Shown in pieces: positions 28,743-38,464 of a stretch of DNA of 64,000 nt (positions are counted from its first letter, which is position 1; every line of letters starts with the position of its first letter). The notes below the pieces were generated by a model. The model saw nothing but the letters and a program-made list of their open reading frames with translations. It had not been told where the DNA came from and made no database searches. The stretch is from Polyangiaceae bacterium (GTDB lineage Bacteria; Myxococcota_A; Polyangia; Polyangiales; Polyangiaceae), in the NCBI GenBank assembly GCA_033763455.1, contig JANRKO010000023.1:64001-128000 (forward strand). The letters run 5' to 3'. A program made the position numbers and the translations under genes.

Positions 28743-30296
28743 TTAGCGGCTCTTCTCGCCCATGAGCTTGTCCCAAAGGGCGCTTTCCGCGGCTCCCGAG
28801 CCTTTGCCCACGCTGCTCGCACCCAGGGCTCGCACCTCGGCGTAAACCACTTCATTCGGGCCCACCACTACATCAAACGAGACCGACCCTTCGCGCGCTG
28901 GCAGCTTCAGGCAGCTCATTTCAGGCTCTGCATGTTGGCGGAGTAAGCGCTCTTGGGCGATTGAAATCTCCTGCGGGCGTCCCATTCGCACCCAGGTTTC
29001 CCAGGCACTACCGGAACCCACGCGAATGCGTTCTAGCACCACCACGTGCTCCCCCGGGCCGTGGGCAGGGACGCTCACCGTCTCCTTCAGCTCCGGCTGC
29101 TGGGCAACTTCGAGTGGCTTGTGATTGCACAAAAGGACGTGCGTCGCCGAGGCTTCCCTCGTCGCCACCAACGTGTGCCCGGTGCCAAGCTTAGTGCCTT
29201 CTACCGGTTCCATGCGTGAACCCCGCAAGCGGCTCAGCAAACGGAACGCGTTGTACGAAGCCTTGGGGATACCGTGAACCGTGAGCAGGCCGTACGTGCA
29301 AGAAAATGGGCTCAGGGGGAAGCCGGCTTCTTCGAAGACGTCGCTCACCACCCAGAAGAAAAATGAATCGGCGGCGTCGTCTAAAGCGAGGCAGTTTTCC
29401 GCAATGAACGAAGCTGCATACAGGTTATCGTTGGTTGGATTATCGAGCCAATGAACCGACGCACCGGAATCCGCCGACATGGCATTCCACTCGGTCCAAT
29501 GCACTTCCAATTCGGGGTACACAGAGGCCTCGATCTCAACCTGCGTGCGCCGAACGGTGTGGCGAAAAAACGTACCTGGCGCGTGTGGGCTCGTGCCCGG
29601 CTCGGGAAACTCAACGTACTCATCCTGCGGATAAAGGTGCGTCGACACGAAGTCGATCGGCACCTCATTTTTGCTGCAATAGTCGATAAAATCCGAAATC
29701 CACGAGGCTTTGCTCGAAGCCGGGCCACCAACACGAAGCCCCGGATCTACGCGGCGTATGCCATGTGCGGCTGCCCGATAAAGCTCGAAATATTCAGCCT
29801 GTGTGCCCGACCAGAAGCCACCCAGGTTGGGCTCATTCCACACTTCGAAATACCATGAGCGCACCTCGTCGATCCCGTAGCGAGCCGCACAGTGCGCTGC
29901 GAATTCGTAGTTGAGCTCTTCCCACTCTTTGTAATCTTTGGGAGGCGTAACGTTCATCTGATAGAAGAACATCTTCTGCGTGCCGGAAGCGAGCGCGCTC
30001 GGCATTGGATTGAGCTCTACGAACGGCTTCAACCCCATCGCCAGGAGTGCATCGAACACCTTATCCACGTGGTGCCATTGGTAAACAATCGTGCCATCGG
30101 GCTTCCGATGCACCACGGCCATGTCATCGTGAAAGAGCCCGTGGAATCGGCAGTACTTGAAGCCGATCTCCGCCTGCGCCTTACGTAGATGGCCCAAGAG
30201 GTCCTCGCGCAATAATTCGTAAGCGCGGCCGACGGTGATCCCCTTCTTCCAAGGCATTCTAAGCGGCAGTGCGGCAGCGTCGATTTCAAAGCGCAT
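28743..30296 (-). CDS. glycoside hydrolase family 39 (beta-xylosidase-like)
   Basis: RFHGLFHDDM, KPFVEL, FEVWNEPN (acid/base), VGGP, STHLYP, TEWN (nucleophile), SDVFEE. Confidence 0.9.
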   Translation of the reverse strand: MRFEIDAAALPLRMPWKKGITVGRAYELLREDLLGHLRKAQAEIGFKYCRFHGLFHDDMAVVHRKPDGTIVYQWHHVDKVFDALLAMGLKPFVELNPMPSALASGTQKMFFYQMNVTPPKDYKEWEELNYEFAAHCAARYGIDEVRSWYFEVWNEPNLGGFWSGTQAEYFELYRAAAHGIRRVDPGLRVGGPASSKASWISDFIDYCSKNEVPIDFVSTHLYPQDEYVEFPEPGTSPHAPGTFFRHTVRRTQVEIEASVYPELEVHWTEWNAMSADSGASVHWLDNPTNDNLYAASFIAENCLALDDAADSFFFWVVSDVFEEAGFPLSPFSCTYGLLTVHGIPKASYNAFRLLSRLRGSRMEPVEGTKLGTGHTLVATREASATHVLLCNHKPLEVAQQPELKETVSVPAHGPGEHVVVLERIRVGSGSAWETWVRMGRPQEISIAQERLLRQHAEPEMSCLKLPAREGSVSFDVVVGPNEVVYAEVRALGASSVGKGSGAAESALWDKLMGEKSR

Positions 30297-30480
30297 GATA
30301 AATGGGCTCCTGCATAGGTGGTTGGGCGAGTCCAAAGGTCAAAACGGCCGGGGGCGTGTGTACCCCAGCCCGGCACGACGGGCCACTGGTCAGGGCGGCT
30401 CCACAGGGTTTATAGGGCAAATCCGACACGCCCTCCCGCGGGCCCAGGCGCAACACCCACACCTAGCAAAGGTCTCCCTC

Positions 30481-31503
30481 ATGAAACCAGTCGTCACCTT
30501 CGGAGAAGTCATGCTCCGGCTGAGCCCCCCCGGGCACCTGAGATTGCTCCAAGTCACCTCCCTTGATGTTACCTTCGGCGGTGCAGAAGCCAACGTTGCT
30601 GTTGGCCTTTCCTTGCTTGGGCAGCCGGCGCGTTTCGTAACGGCATTGCCAGATAACGACATCGGCCAGCTTTGTATTAATCAACTGCGCGGAGTGGGCG
30701 TCGATACGACACAGATTGTGAGAAGCGGCAAGCGTGTGGGCACATACTACGTGGAAAAAGGCGCCTCCCAGCGGGGCTCCACGGTGCTCTATGATCGCGA
30801 GCACAGCGCCATCGCTGAGATCGATCCGGGCGCACTCGATTGGGACAAGCTCCTCGCAGGAGCCGCGTGGTTCCACTTCACGGGCATTACCCCTGCGCTT
30901 TCCGTCAACTGTCAGAAGGCGTGCCAGCAGGCGCTCGAAGCTGCCAAACGCTTGGGGATTCCCACGAGCTGCGACCTCAACTATCGAAAAAAGCTCTGGA
31001 GCCGCACGGAAGCCGGGCGCGTTCTCGGAGAATTGTTACCTAGCGTCCAATATTGTATCGCCAACGAAGAAGACGCCGATGATGTTTTCGGGATCAGGGC
31101 GGGCGCGACAGATGTTACCTCCGGAGCTCTGGATCACTCCCGCTACGAAAGCGTAGCGGCCCAGCTCACCCAGCGCTTTGGCTTCAAAGGTGTGGCCATC
31201 ACCCTCCGAGAAAGCCACTCCGCATCCGAAAATGGTTGGAGCGGAATGCTGTACACCGAGGGCAAAGCCCATTTCAGCCGAAAATACGAGATCACCGTTA
31301 TCGATCGCGTGGGCGGCGGAGATTCCTTCGGCGCGGGGCTCATCTACGCGCTCGTCCAAGGCAGCTCTCCCGAGCGAGCCATTGAATTTGCAGTAGCCAA
31401 CAGTTGCCTCAAGCACACGATTGTCGGCGATTACAACTACGTAAAGCGAGACGAAGTAGAGAAGCTGATGGCGGGCGATGGCTCGGGGCGCGTGCAGCGC
31501 TGA
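30481..31503 (+). CDS. kdgK: PfkB-family sugar kinase, 2-keto-3-deoxygluconate kinase-like
   Basis: FGEVMLRLSP, GGAEANVA, DLNYRKKLW, DRVGGGDSF; ends SGRVQR. Confidence 0.8.
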   Translation: MKPVVTFGEVMLRLSPPGHLRLLQVTSLDVTFGGAEANVAVGLSLLGQPARFVTALPDNDIGQLCINQLRGVGVDTTQIVRSGKRVGTYYVEKGASQRGSTVLYDREHSAIAEIDPGALDWDKLLAGAAWFHFTGITPALSVNCQKACQQALEAAKRLGIPTSCDLNYRKKLWSRTEAGRVLGELLPSVQYCIANEEDADDVFGIRAGATDVTSGALDHSRYESVAAQLTQRFGFKGVAITLRESHSASENGWSGMLYTEGKAHFSRKYEITVIDRVGGGDSFGAGLIYALVQGSSPERAIEFAVANSCLKHTIVGDYNYVKRDEVEKLMAGDGSGRVQR

Positions 31504-31573
31504 AGCTGGGCGCCGGCTCGGGGCACTGCAGCGCTGATGGTGCCCTCCCCGGCTGCCGCTTTTCGCGCCATCC

Positions 31574-31613
31574 ACCCCTCCCCGATGTCTCCGTTCGGAG
31601 CCATGGGAGGGGT
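31574..31613. terminator. strong hairpin between convergent genes
   Basis: ACCCCTCC...CTCCG-TT-CGGAG...GGAGGGGT nested stem; no clear U-tract. Confidence 0.4.
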
Positions 31614-31638
31614 ACGGAACCAGAACGCCACCTCTCCC

Positions 31639-32028
31639 TCACCAATACACTTCGACCACCCCAGACTGCCGAATACGTTCATCCGCCGTAATCAGCGGAA
31701 GACCCAGGCGCAACGCCGTGCCCACAATCACCCGGTCAAATGGGTCAGCCAGAGAGGCGAGGTTTCTCGCTTCATCCACATCGGGAATGCTAAGCTCCAC
31801 CAAGCGAAACCCAACTCTGAGCTCAAGCTGCTCCACGAGCTCACGAAACTCGAACCGTATGCGACCACGCTCTCCGAGCAAGACGGCTTCGTACAGGCAG
31901 AGGACCGGAACAAATAGGGTCCAGCGACCTGTTTCCGCCTTTTCAAAGGCCGACTTGGCTTTAGCACTGAGCTTCTTCGGGGCGCCCAGAAACCAGAGAA
32001 TCGCGTGCGTATCCGCCACTAGATTCAT
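31639..32028 (-). CDS. vapC: type II toxin, PIN domain (VapC family)
   Basis: VADTHAILW, LYE, DPFDRVIV, LITAD PIN acidic residues; ATGA overlap with the antitoxin. Confidence 0.88.
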   Translation of the reverse strand: MNLVADTHAILWFLGAPKKLSAKAKSAFEKAETGRWTLFVPVLCLYEAVLLGERGRIRFEFRELVEQLELRVGFRLVELSIPDVDEARNLASLADPFDRVIVGTALRLGLPLITADERIRQSGVVEVYW

Positions 32029-32363
32029 GGGCGCGGCTTAACCCGAGCGCGCCTGCTGAGCGGCTGAGGCTGCAAGATCTTCGATGCGCCTAAAACCTGC
32101 TTCTCAGTTCTCTTCAACGACGATTCGAAAGCCTTACGAAGGTCGTCCTCACCTTGGCTAAGCGCGCTCGCAGCTTCGAACTCAACAAGCCCCACGAGCG
32201 GCCGCCGAACGCGAGGGCTTTGTGAATCTGCAACAGCCACCAACGCAACCTCAGCGCGCCCCCGCCGCCCCATGTAGATCGGCCCCTTGCCAGAGGCCGC
32301 CAGCTCGATCAGGTGCGGGAGCAGCCGCCGGGCCTCACCAACCGGGTAGGGCTTGCTAGACAT
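32025..32363 (-). CDS. type II antitoxin, Phd/YefM-like N-terminus
   Basis: VGEARRLLPHLIELAASG...IYMGRRGRAEVALV matches the Phd fold; upstream of and coupled to vapC. Confidence 0.75.
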   Translation of the reverse strand: MSSKPYPVGEARRLLPHLIELAASGKGPIYMGRRGRAEVALVAVADSQSPRVRRPLVGLVEFEAASALSQGEDDLRKAFESSLKRTEKQVLGASKILQPQPLSRRARVKPRP

Positions 32364-32382
32364 GTACAAGTTAGTAGTACAT
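32362..32382. promoter_or_regulatory. putative TA operator
   Basis: ATGTAC-N9-GTACAT inverted repeat containing TGTACA, overlapping the antitoxin start. Confidence 0.55.
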
Positions 32383-32439
32383 TTCGGCTACTCAGGCAAG
32401 CCACCCCGCTGTCCGGGAAAATTGTGTTATCCTCCCGAG

Positions 32440-33111
32440 ATGCACAGCAGGACGAGCGTCTTTGGCCGCGCCTCACTCGCAGGGCTGCTATTGGTCATCG
32501 GGTGTTCGAGTGAAGGAGATGGAACCGGGCAAACACCCGCGTTGATGACCACTGGCGGGTCCAATAATACAGGGGGAAGTCCGAGCCCGAGCAACACAGG
32601 TGGTCGGAGTGGCCAAACGGGTGGAGCGTCGTCCTCCGGAGGCACGCCAAGCTCCTCCTCACTAGAGCCGGCGCCGCTCACAGGTATCACCGCGGCACAC
32701 AACAGGGTGCGCGCCGACGCCATACCGGCCCCTGGCACGCCTCTAGCACCGTTAACCTGGGACTCTTCAATTGCGGCCACCGCCCAACAATGGGCGGATG
32801 GTTGCATGTTCAAGCATAGCCAGGGGAAATACGGCGAGAATATCTACGCAACAACGGGAAGCGCCAGCGGCCAGAAGGTTGTTGATTCGTGGGCGAGTGA
32901 AAGCACCGATTATACCTACGCCAATAACTCCTGCGCGCCCCAAAAGGCATGCGGCCACTATACGCAAATAGTCTGGGCCAAGAGCCTGCGGCTGGGCTGC
33001 GCGGTGAAGCAGTGCAGCCAGAATTCGCCCTTCTCGAGTTCCGCCACTTGGGAATTCTGGGTCTGCAATTACGATCCTCCAGGGAATTATGTAGGGCAGA
33101 AGCCGTACTGA
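32440..33111 (+). CDS. CAP (SCP/PR-1) domain lipoprotein
   Basis: Lipobox VIGC, G/S/T linker, AAHNRVR, GENIY, CGHYTQIVW, VCNYDPPGN. Confidence 0.9.
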   Translation: MHSRTSVFGRASLAGLLLVIGCSSEGDGTGQTPALMTTGGSNNTGGSPSPSNTGGRSGQTGGASSSGGTPSSSSLEPAPLTGITAAHNRVRADAIPAPGTPLAPLTWDSSIAATAQQWADGCMFKHSQGKYGENIYATTGSASGQKVVDSWASESTDYTYANNSCAPQKACGHYTQIVWAKSLRLGCAVKQCSQNSPFSSSATWEFWVCNYDPPGNYVGQKPY

Positions 33112-33155
33112 ACTATCGGCGAGGCCTTTCTCAGCTCAGCTCAGCTCACCCCCAG

Positions 33156-33169
33156 GTTGTCTTGACAAC
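33156..33169. promoter_or_regulatory. putative GntR/HutC-type operator overlapping a -35 box
   Basis: GTTGTC-TT-GACAAC inverted repeat; TTGACA at 33162-33167 and again at 33170-33175. Confidence 0.55.
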
Positions 33170-33203
33170 TTGACAAGTTTGGCCCAGGCTAGGTGCACCT
33201 CCG

Positions 33204-33929
33204 ATGCTGAACCCAGGCTCCCCCGTGCCCCTCTATCGGCAGCTCTCGGATCTTCTTGCAGCGGACATTCGTACGGGGCGTTACCAGAGTGGGGAACGGT
33301 TGCCGTCGGAGCCGGCCCTCTGCCGTGCCTTCAATGTAGGTCGCCCTACGGTGCGACAAGCAACAGAAACGCTTGTGCAGAAGAAGTTGATCGAACGGCG
33401 TCGTGGTTCAGGCACATTTGTTCTGGCTCGGCCGCCGGAAGTGGATGTGTTTTCGGCCTTCGGTACTGTGGCGGCGTTCAAGGCTCAAGGGTTGGAGCTC
33501 AAGGTGAAAGTGGTGGAGTCGCTCAGGCGCCGGCGCTTTGCCGAAGCGGTAGAGAGCCCGCTCGCTGGAAAGCAGGTTTTCCAATTTTCACGCGTAGGGC
33601 ACCTGAAGCAGGAGCCCGTATTGCTGGAGCGCTTCTTTCTTTCGGCCGAGGTGTTCGCAGGGATCGAAGGAGTGGATCTTGAGCAGGCTTCGCTTTCGGA
33701 AGTCGTGAAGGAGCGCTTATTTTTAACTCCACTGGGCGGAAGGCAAAGCTTCACTGTGAAGGCGCTGGGAGAAAAATGGGGGCATTTTCTGGGCATTTCA
33801 GCGCGCACACAGCTGCTTTTGATCCAGCGTAGCCTCGATTTTCGCGGATCCCCTGGGGCCCTTTTCTCGGAGCTCTATTGCCGTTCAGATCGCGTCACGT
33901 TTTCTCAAACCATCCAGGCCAGCCAATGA
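33204..33929 (+). CDS. GntR family regulator, HutC/UTRA subfamily
   Basis: PLYRQL...GERLPSEPALC..FNVGRPTVRQA...RRRGSGTFV HTH; UTRA-like C-terminus. Confidence 0.9.
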   Translation: MLNPGSPVPLYRQLSDLLAADIRTGRYQSGERLPSEPALCRAFNVGRPTVRQATETLVQKKLIERRRGSGTFVLARPPEVDVFSAFGTVAAFKAQGLELKVKVVESLRRRRFAEAVESPLAGKQVFQFSRVGHLKQEPVLLERFFLSAEVFAGIEGVDLEQASLSEVVKERLFLTPLGGRQSFTVKALGEKWGHFLGISARTQLLLIQRSLDFRGSPGALFSELYCRSDRVTFSQTIQASQ

Positions 33930-33999
33930 ATCACGCGTATAGAATCGGAATATTGACGCAGGGCAACCCAGAGCTGTGCCCTGAAGAAGGAGCAAGCTC

Positions 34000-35229
34000 G
34001 TGAAATCTCGCGGTTACTATTCCGAATTCGGTGGAGCTTTCATCCCGGAAATCTTGGTGGCTACCTTTGAAGAGCTCATTTTAGAGTTTGAAAAGGCCAA
34101 AGCGGATCCCAGCTTTTGGGCAGAATACCAAGCGTTGATGTCGAGCTACTCCTGCCGGCCAACGCCTATAACGTTCGCCGAGAATCTGACCCGGCATTTT
34201 GGTGGCGCGCAGATTTACATCAAACGGGAAGATCTGAATCACACCGGCGCCCACAAAGCGAATAACGTGATGGGGCAAGGCCTTTTGGTGAAAAGGATGG
34301 GGAAAACGCGCGTCATTGCGGAGACGGGCGCCGGCCAGCATGGCGTGGCCACTGCAACCATGGCGGCCAAGCTCGGGTTTGATTGCACGATTTACATGGG
34401 CGAAGTGGATGTGGAGCGGCAGCGCCCGAATGTCTTTTGGATGGAGCGGCTGGGGGCCCAGGTGGTGCCGGTGAAGGAGGGCTCGCGCACGCTCAAAGAT
34501 GCCATCAATGAAGCGTTCCGCGATTGGGTAAGCAATATGGATTCCACACACTACGTGCTTGGCACGGCGTGTGGCCCGCATCCTTTCCCGGAGATGGTTA
34601 CGTACTTTCAGTCCATCATTGGGAAGGAAGCCCGCGCTCAGATCCTAGAACGTACGGGAAAGCTTCCACGGCGCGTGTATGCGTGCGTCGGTGGTGGTTC
34701 GAACGCGATGGGGATCTTCAGCGGATTCATGGACGATGCAGCCGTTGAGCTTGTGGGCGTGGAAGCAGGCGGAGAAGGGGTAGCCACTGGCAAACACGCC
34801 GCACGCCTCGCGAGCAAGGACGCGAGCGTGGGCGTGGCTCAGGGTTACAAAACCTATTTTTTGCAGAATTCTGACGGTCAAATGAACGAAACGCACAGTG
34901 TGGCGGCAGGCTTAGATTACGTTGGCGTCTCCCCCATCCTTTCGCACCTCCACACCGCGGGGCGCGTTCGTTTTGAAGCTGCTACTGATGCAGAAGTGGT
35001 GGAAGCTTTAAAGCTCACGATCCGACGCGAAGGGCTCATTCCAGCGCTCGAGTCCTCCCACGCCTTTGCGCAGGCCTTCAAAGAAGCCGGCAGGCTGGCG
35101 CCAACAGATGTGGTGCTCATCAACCAATCCGGGCGGGGCGATAAGGACATATTTACGATTGCCGATGCATTCAAAGATCCCAAATGGGAAGAATTTATCA
35201 TTCAGAAAGCGGAGCGTTACCGTGCTTGA
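34000..35229 (+). CDS. trpB: tryptophan synthase beta chain
   Basis: KREDLNHTGAHKANN (PLP lysine), AETGAGQHG, VGGGSNAMG, AGLDY, ALESSHA, SGRGDKD. Confidence 0.96.
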   Translation: MKSRGYYSEFGGAFIPEILVATFEELILEFEKAKADPSFWAEYQALMSSYSCRPTPITFAENLTRHFGGAQIYIKREDLNHTGAHKANNVMGQGLLVKRMGKTRVIAETGAGQHGVATATMAAKLGFDCTIYMGEVDVERQRPNVFWMERLGAQVVPVKEGSRTLKDAINEAFRDWVSNMDSTHYVLGTACGPHPFPEMVTYFQSIIGKEARAQILERTGKLPRRVYACVGGGSNAMGIFSGFMDDAAVELVGVEAGGEGVATGKHAARLASKDASVGVAQGYKTYFLQNSDGQMNETHSVAAGLDYVGVSPILSHLHTAGRVRFEAATDAEVVEALKLTIRREGLIPALESSHAFAQAFKEAGRLAPTDVVLINQSGRGDKDIFTIADAFKDPKWEEFIIQKAERYRA

Positions 35230-35983
35230 GGCCTACATTCGCGAACAGCAAGAGAAAAAGGGCATCTTGCTTATGACCCATATTGTTATGGGTTACCCGA
35301 GCTTTGACGAGAGCCTGCGCTTGGTGGAAGCGATGGTAAGCTCGGGTGTAGAATTGATGGAGCTACAGATCCCATTTTCCGAGCCGATGGCAGACGGCCC
35401 GGTTATTTTGCATGCCAATCAACAAGCGCTAGAGCGGGGTGCCACAGTGCAAAAGTGCTTAGAATTTGCTGAAATGGTGAGCCGCCGCTTCGACATACCA
35501 TTCTTGTTCATGAGTTATTACAACGTGCTCTTCAAGTTCGGCGTGGCCGAATTTGCGAATCGCATGAAATCAATTGGAGTGAAGGGCGCCATCGTTCCGG
35601 ATTTGCCCCCGGAGGAAGCTGAGCTCTATCTCCAAGCTATGGCCGAGCATGAGCTTTGCCCCATCTTCATCTTTTCACCGAACACGCCGAACGAGCGGCT
35701 CCAGATGCTCTCAAAACATGGGTCGGGCTTCGTGTACGCCGTGGCGCGCAAAGGCGTTACGGGGAGTGAGACGACTTTTTCGAACGATCTCGATCTGTAT
35801 CTTGAGCGCTGCCGCGCAGCTACTTCATTGCCTCTCGCGGTAGGTTTTGGCGTCCAATCCAAAGCGGACGTGGATTTCTTGCGCGGCAAGGCTGACATCG
35901 CGGTGATTGGCAGCCAAACGTTGAGGTTGGTAGATCGCGAGGGCGTGGCGGCCGTACCCGCGTTTATCAAGAGCCTCAGGTGA
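35222..35983 (+). CDS. trpA: tryptophan synthase alpha chain
   Basis: ELQIPFSEPMADGPVI, MSYYN, VPDLPPEE, GVTG, VGFG; GTG start 35222 overlapping the trpB end. Confidence 0.95.
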   Translation: MLEAYIREQQEKKGILLMTHIVMGYPSFDESLRLVEAMVSSGVELMELQIPFSEPMADGPVILHANQQALERGATVQKCLEFAEMVSRRFDIPFLFMSYYNVLFKFGVAEFANRMKSIGVKGAIVPDLPPEEAELYLQAMAEHELCPIFIFSPNTPNERLQMLSKHGSGFVYAVARKGVTGSETTFSNDLDLYLERCRAATSLPLAVGFGVQSKADVDFLRGKADIAVIGSQTLRLVDREGVAAVPAFIKSLR

Positions 35984-35994
35984 GCCTCGTTCTC

Positions 35995-37173
35995 CTACTT
36001 CCGACGCAACACGAAGCAGTGCATGGCCACCTCGGCAATCCAGCTATTTTCAGGCGACGCATCGAGATTTGGGCCCGCGTACCAGAGCTCACCCGGGAGC
36101 TCTTTCGGCTCGACTTCGGTTTGAAGCGCCTGACCCAACCAAACGCCATGGTAGCCCAATCCGCGCGGCACGTTCAGCGGACGGGGTTCTGCATGCCGAG
36201 CCCGCACGACGTCATCGAACAATAACTCGAAGCTCCCGGAATCTGAAAACGACTGGCGCACACGCGCGCGGAAGTGCTCGAGCGAACTTACAGGACGAGC
36301 TTCGAACGGCAATTTAGCCGCACTCCCTGCCTGGGCAGAGGCCACATACAGAGCGAACAGCGTTTTGCAGAGCTCAAACTGCGCACGGACGTCGAGCGTT
36401 AGTTGGACAAACGCCGTGGCTGCCCGCCGTGGATCAAAATTTCCGGGATCACTCTCGCGGAGTAGTGCTTCCAAAGCGCTAGCCTGAGGATGCCCAGTCC
36501 TCCGGAGCAAGTCGCACAGCGGCAAGAGCTGCGCGCGCGGAGACACCACGAGATCGAGCAGCGGAAAGCCCTTTATTGAGGCCATCCCCCCAACTCCAAG
36601 CGACGACCGAGATGCTCCCGGGATCGCCGAATTACCGCCCAAATCTACGAACTTGGGGAGCACCACAAGCCCTTCGGCCACGGCAGAAGCCATAATCGGT
36701 TCAACACTCGTCGCCATGTCCAACCAGTGAAGTACGAGCCCACCCGGCTCAAGAACACGAGCGAGCTCCGCCACGGCGCGTGAAAGCGTCAGTACATCCA
36801 ACACACAAAGCGCCATCACCGCGGAAAATTCGGCGGCCTCGGCCTTGAGGTGATGTACGTCGAGCTGGCGGACTTGGGCCTCGCCAAACCTACGGCGCAA
36901 CCCCTGCACAAACGCGGTCGAGGATTCACTTAACACCACGCGTTCCCGCAAGGTGTGCGGTAGCCAGCGGTGGAGCTGCCCATCGCCGCTGCCAATTTCC
37001 AACCAGGCCTTCTGCCCGTTTGGCATGAAGCGCTCAAAGCTCGCCGCCACGAGGGCCGCACTCAACTCATGAACGCCTTGCCGCTGCGCTCCGAGTGTGG
37101 AAAGCGCTTGAAGCTTTTGGTGCTGTTGCTGCTTGAGCTTCTTCTTGGAGCTTTGGGTCACGCAGAAAAGCAA
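35995..37173 (-). CDS. class I SAM-dependent methyltransferase-like protein
   Basis: WLEIGSGDG motif I, ELARVLEPGG; long unassigned C-terminal part. Confidence 0.65.
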   Translation of the reverse strand: MLFCVTQSSKKKLKQQQHQKLQALSTLGAQRQGVHELSAALVAASFERFMPNGQKAWLEIGSGDGQLHRWLPHTLRERVVLSESSTAFVQGLRRRFGEAQVRQLDVHHLKAEAAEFSAVMALCVLDVLTLSRAVAELARVLEPGGLVLHWLDMATSVEPIMASAVAEGLVVLPKFVDLGGNSAIPGASRSSLGVGGMASIKGFPLLDLVVSPRAQLLPLCDLLRRTGHPQASALEALLRESDPGNFDPRRAATAFVQLTLDVRAQFELCKTLFALYVASAQAGSAAKLPFEARPVSSLEHFRARVRQSFSDSGSFELLFDDVVRARHAEPRPLNVPRGLGYHGVWLGQALQTEVEPKELPGELWYAGPNLDASPENSWIAEVAMHCFVLRRK

Positions 37174-37203
37174 CTCCGCTAGGGACGGCAGAGCCTACTT
37201 CGA

Positions 37204-37503
37204 CTAACCCTCCAAGTCTGCCTTCAGTGTCGTCAGATCTTCGAGGAGCTGCAAAAGCTCAGCTTCCAGCCCGCGATTTCCGATCTTGGTGAGCACCTTG
37301 GCCACCTCATCCCGCCTGAGCTGCCTCACCGGAGAATTGGCGCGGCGAAGGCAACGGGCCGAAAGCACCGGGATCCGGAACACCAGATCCGCGATCAGGT
37401 TGCTTGGAGCGTACGGATCATTGAGGGCCGAGAGCAATTCGTGAATCGTTGGCAGATCATTTAAATTATCTCGGCCAACCTCGCACTCTTTGACCTGCGA
37501 CAT
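37204..37503 (-). CDS. small protein resembling the N-terminal part of an HDOD domain
   Basis: DLPTIHELLSALNDP...IADLV..IPVLSARCLRRANSP...VLTKIG mirrors HDOD consensus DPALxAxLLRxANS. Confidence 0.55.
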   Translation of the reverse strand: MSQVKECEVGRDNLNDLPTIHELLSALNDPYAPSNLIADLVFRIPVLSARCLRRANSPVRQLRRDEVAKVLTKIGNRGLEAELLQLLEDLTTLKADLEG

Positions 37504-37641
37504 TTTGGCAAGGCGACGAGGGGGAGGCGCGAACATTCTATGACACGTAACGGCCACTTGGGTGGATCTGAATAGGGGTGAATTGAAACACCGGCCGTGG
37601 TGACGGCCACCACACCGAGGAGTTGGGTTACCCACTCTCTC

Positions 37642-38427
37642 CTACCGCTTCAAGTCGCTTGGAAGATTCGGATGCTTCAACAGTAGCTGACGCAACTGCG
37701 GCTGCCTTTTGACTACCGGGTTTTGTATCAGTTTGGCTAAAAGCGCCGGTGGAGTTGCAGAAAAGCGCGCGAGGTTACCGATAAGGAGCGTAGATACGAT
37801 GCTCTTCGCGCACAGAATCTGCGTCATTCGGCCGTCAAAGGTGCACCCCACTAAGAAGAGCAACGCACGCCCCTCGGTGCGCAACACCAGATCCGCTCGT
37901 TCCTCGGGCTCGGCTTGGCTATATTTACGCCGAAGCTCATTGCGAATGGAGACGCGATTCCGCTCGGGTAGGTCGCGATCGATGCTAAGCTTGTAGACGT
38001 CACGTAACGCTTTTAACGTGACGAGCCGAGCGAGCACATCGCTCGCCAACTGAGGGTTTTGCAGCAAGCGCCGCTGCACTTCAGCGTCTGCGAGGAGCGA
38101 TCTTCGGCGTGAAAGGATCTCGAGGCCGCGCCCGTTGTGATGGTGCCGGGCGATCATGCGCGCGTGTGAAGGGCCGAACTCGGAGTTATCCAAGAGTGCC
38201 GCCGCGACCCGGGGCTCCTGATCGAAACACAAAGCTAAAAGGTCAGCTCCGCGGGAGCTCTGAGCAGCGTGCACCCGCGTGTCTATCGGCTCCCCCGCAA
38301 ACTTCAACTGATATAGCGTCAGGGCTTCGGCGTGGTCGGGCTCGGGCACCACGCTCACGACCCCTTCGGGCATCTCTTCGCCATCCCATGGCTCTACCCC
38401 AACAGGAAGGTCCTCTTCTTCGCCCAC
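37642..38427 (-). CDS. hypothetical helical-repeat protein
   Basis: Repeated LLxNP motifs; coherent helical composition; no firm family. Confidence 0.6.
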   Translation of the reverse strand: MGEEEDLPVGVEPWDGEEMPEGVVSVVPEPDHAEALTLYQLKFAGEPIDTRVHAAQSSRGADLLALCFDQEPRVAAALLDNSEFGPSHARMIARHHHNGRGLEILSRRRSLLADAEVQRRLLQNPQLASDVLARLVTLKALRDVYKLSIDRDLPERNRVSIRNELRRKYSQAEPEERADLVLRTEGRALLFLVGCTFDGRMTQILCAKSIVSTLLIGNLARFSATPPALLAKLIQNPVVKRQPQLRQLLLKHPNLPSDLKR

Positions 38428-38464
38428 CTGCCAAGATTATCACGAGTCCTTAGGGGCGCGAGCC

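Noticed and set aside
33130..33149. CTCAG x4 microsatellite upstream of gntR
   Set aside because: Short and imperfect; no evidence of phase variation from a single sequence.
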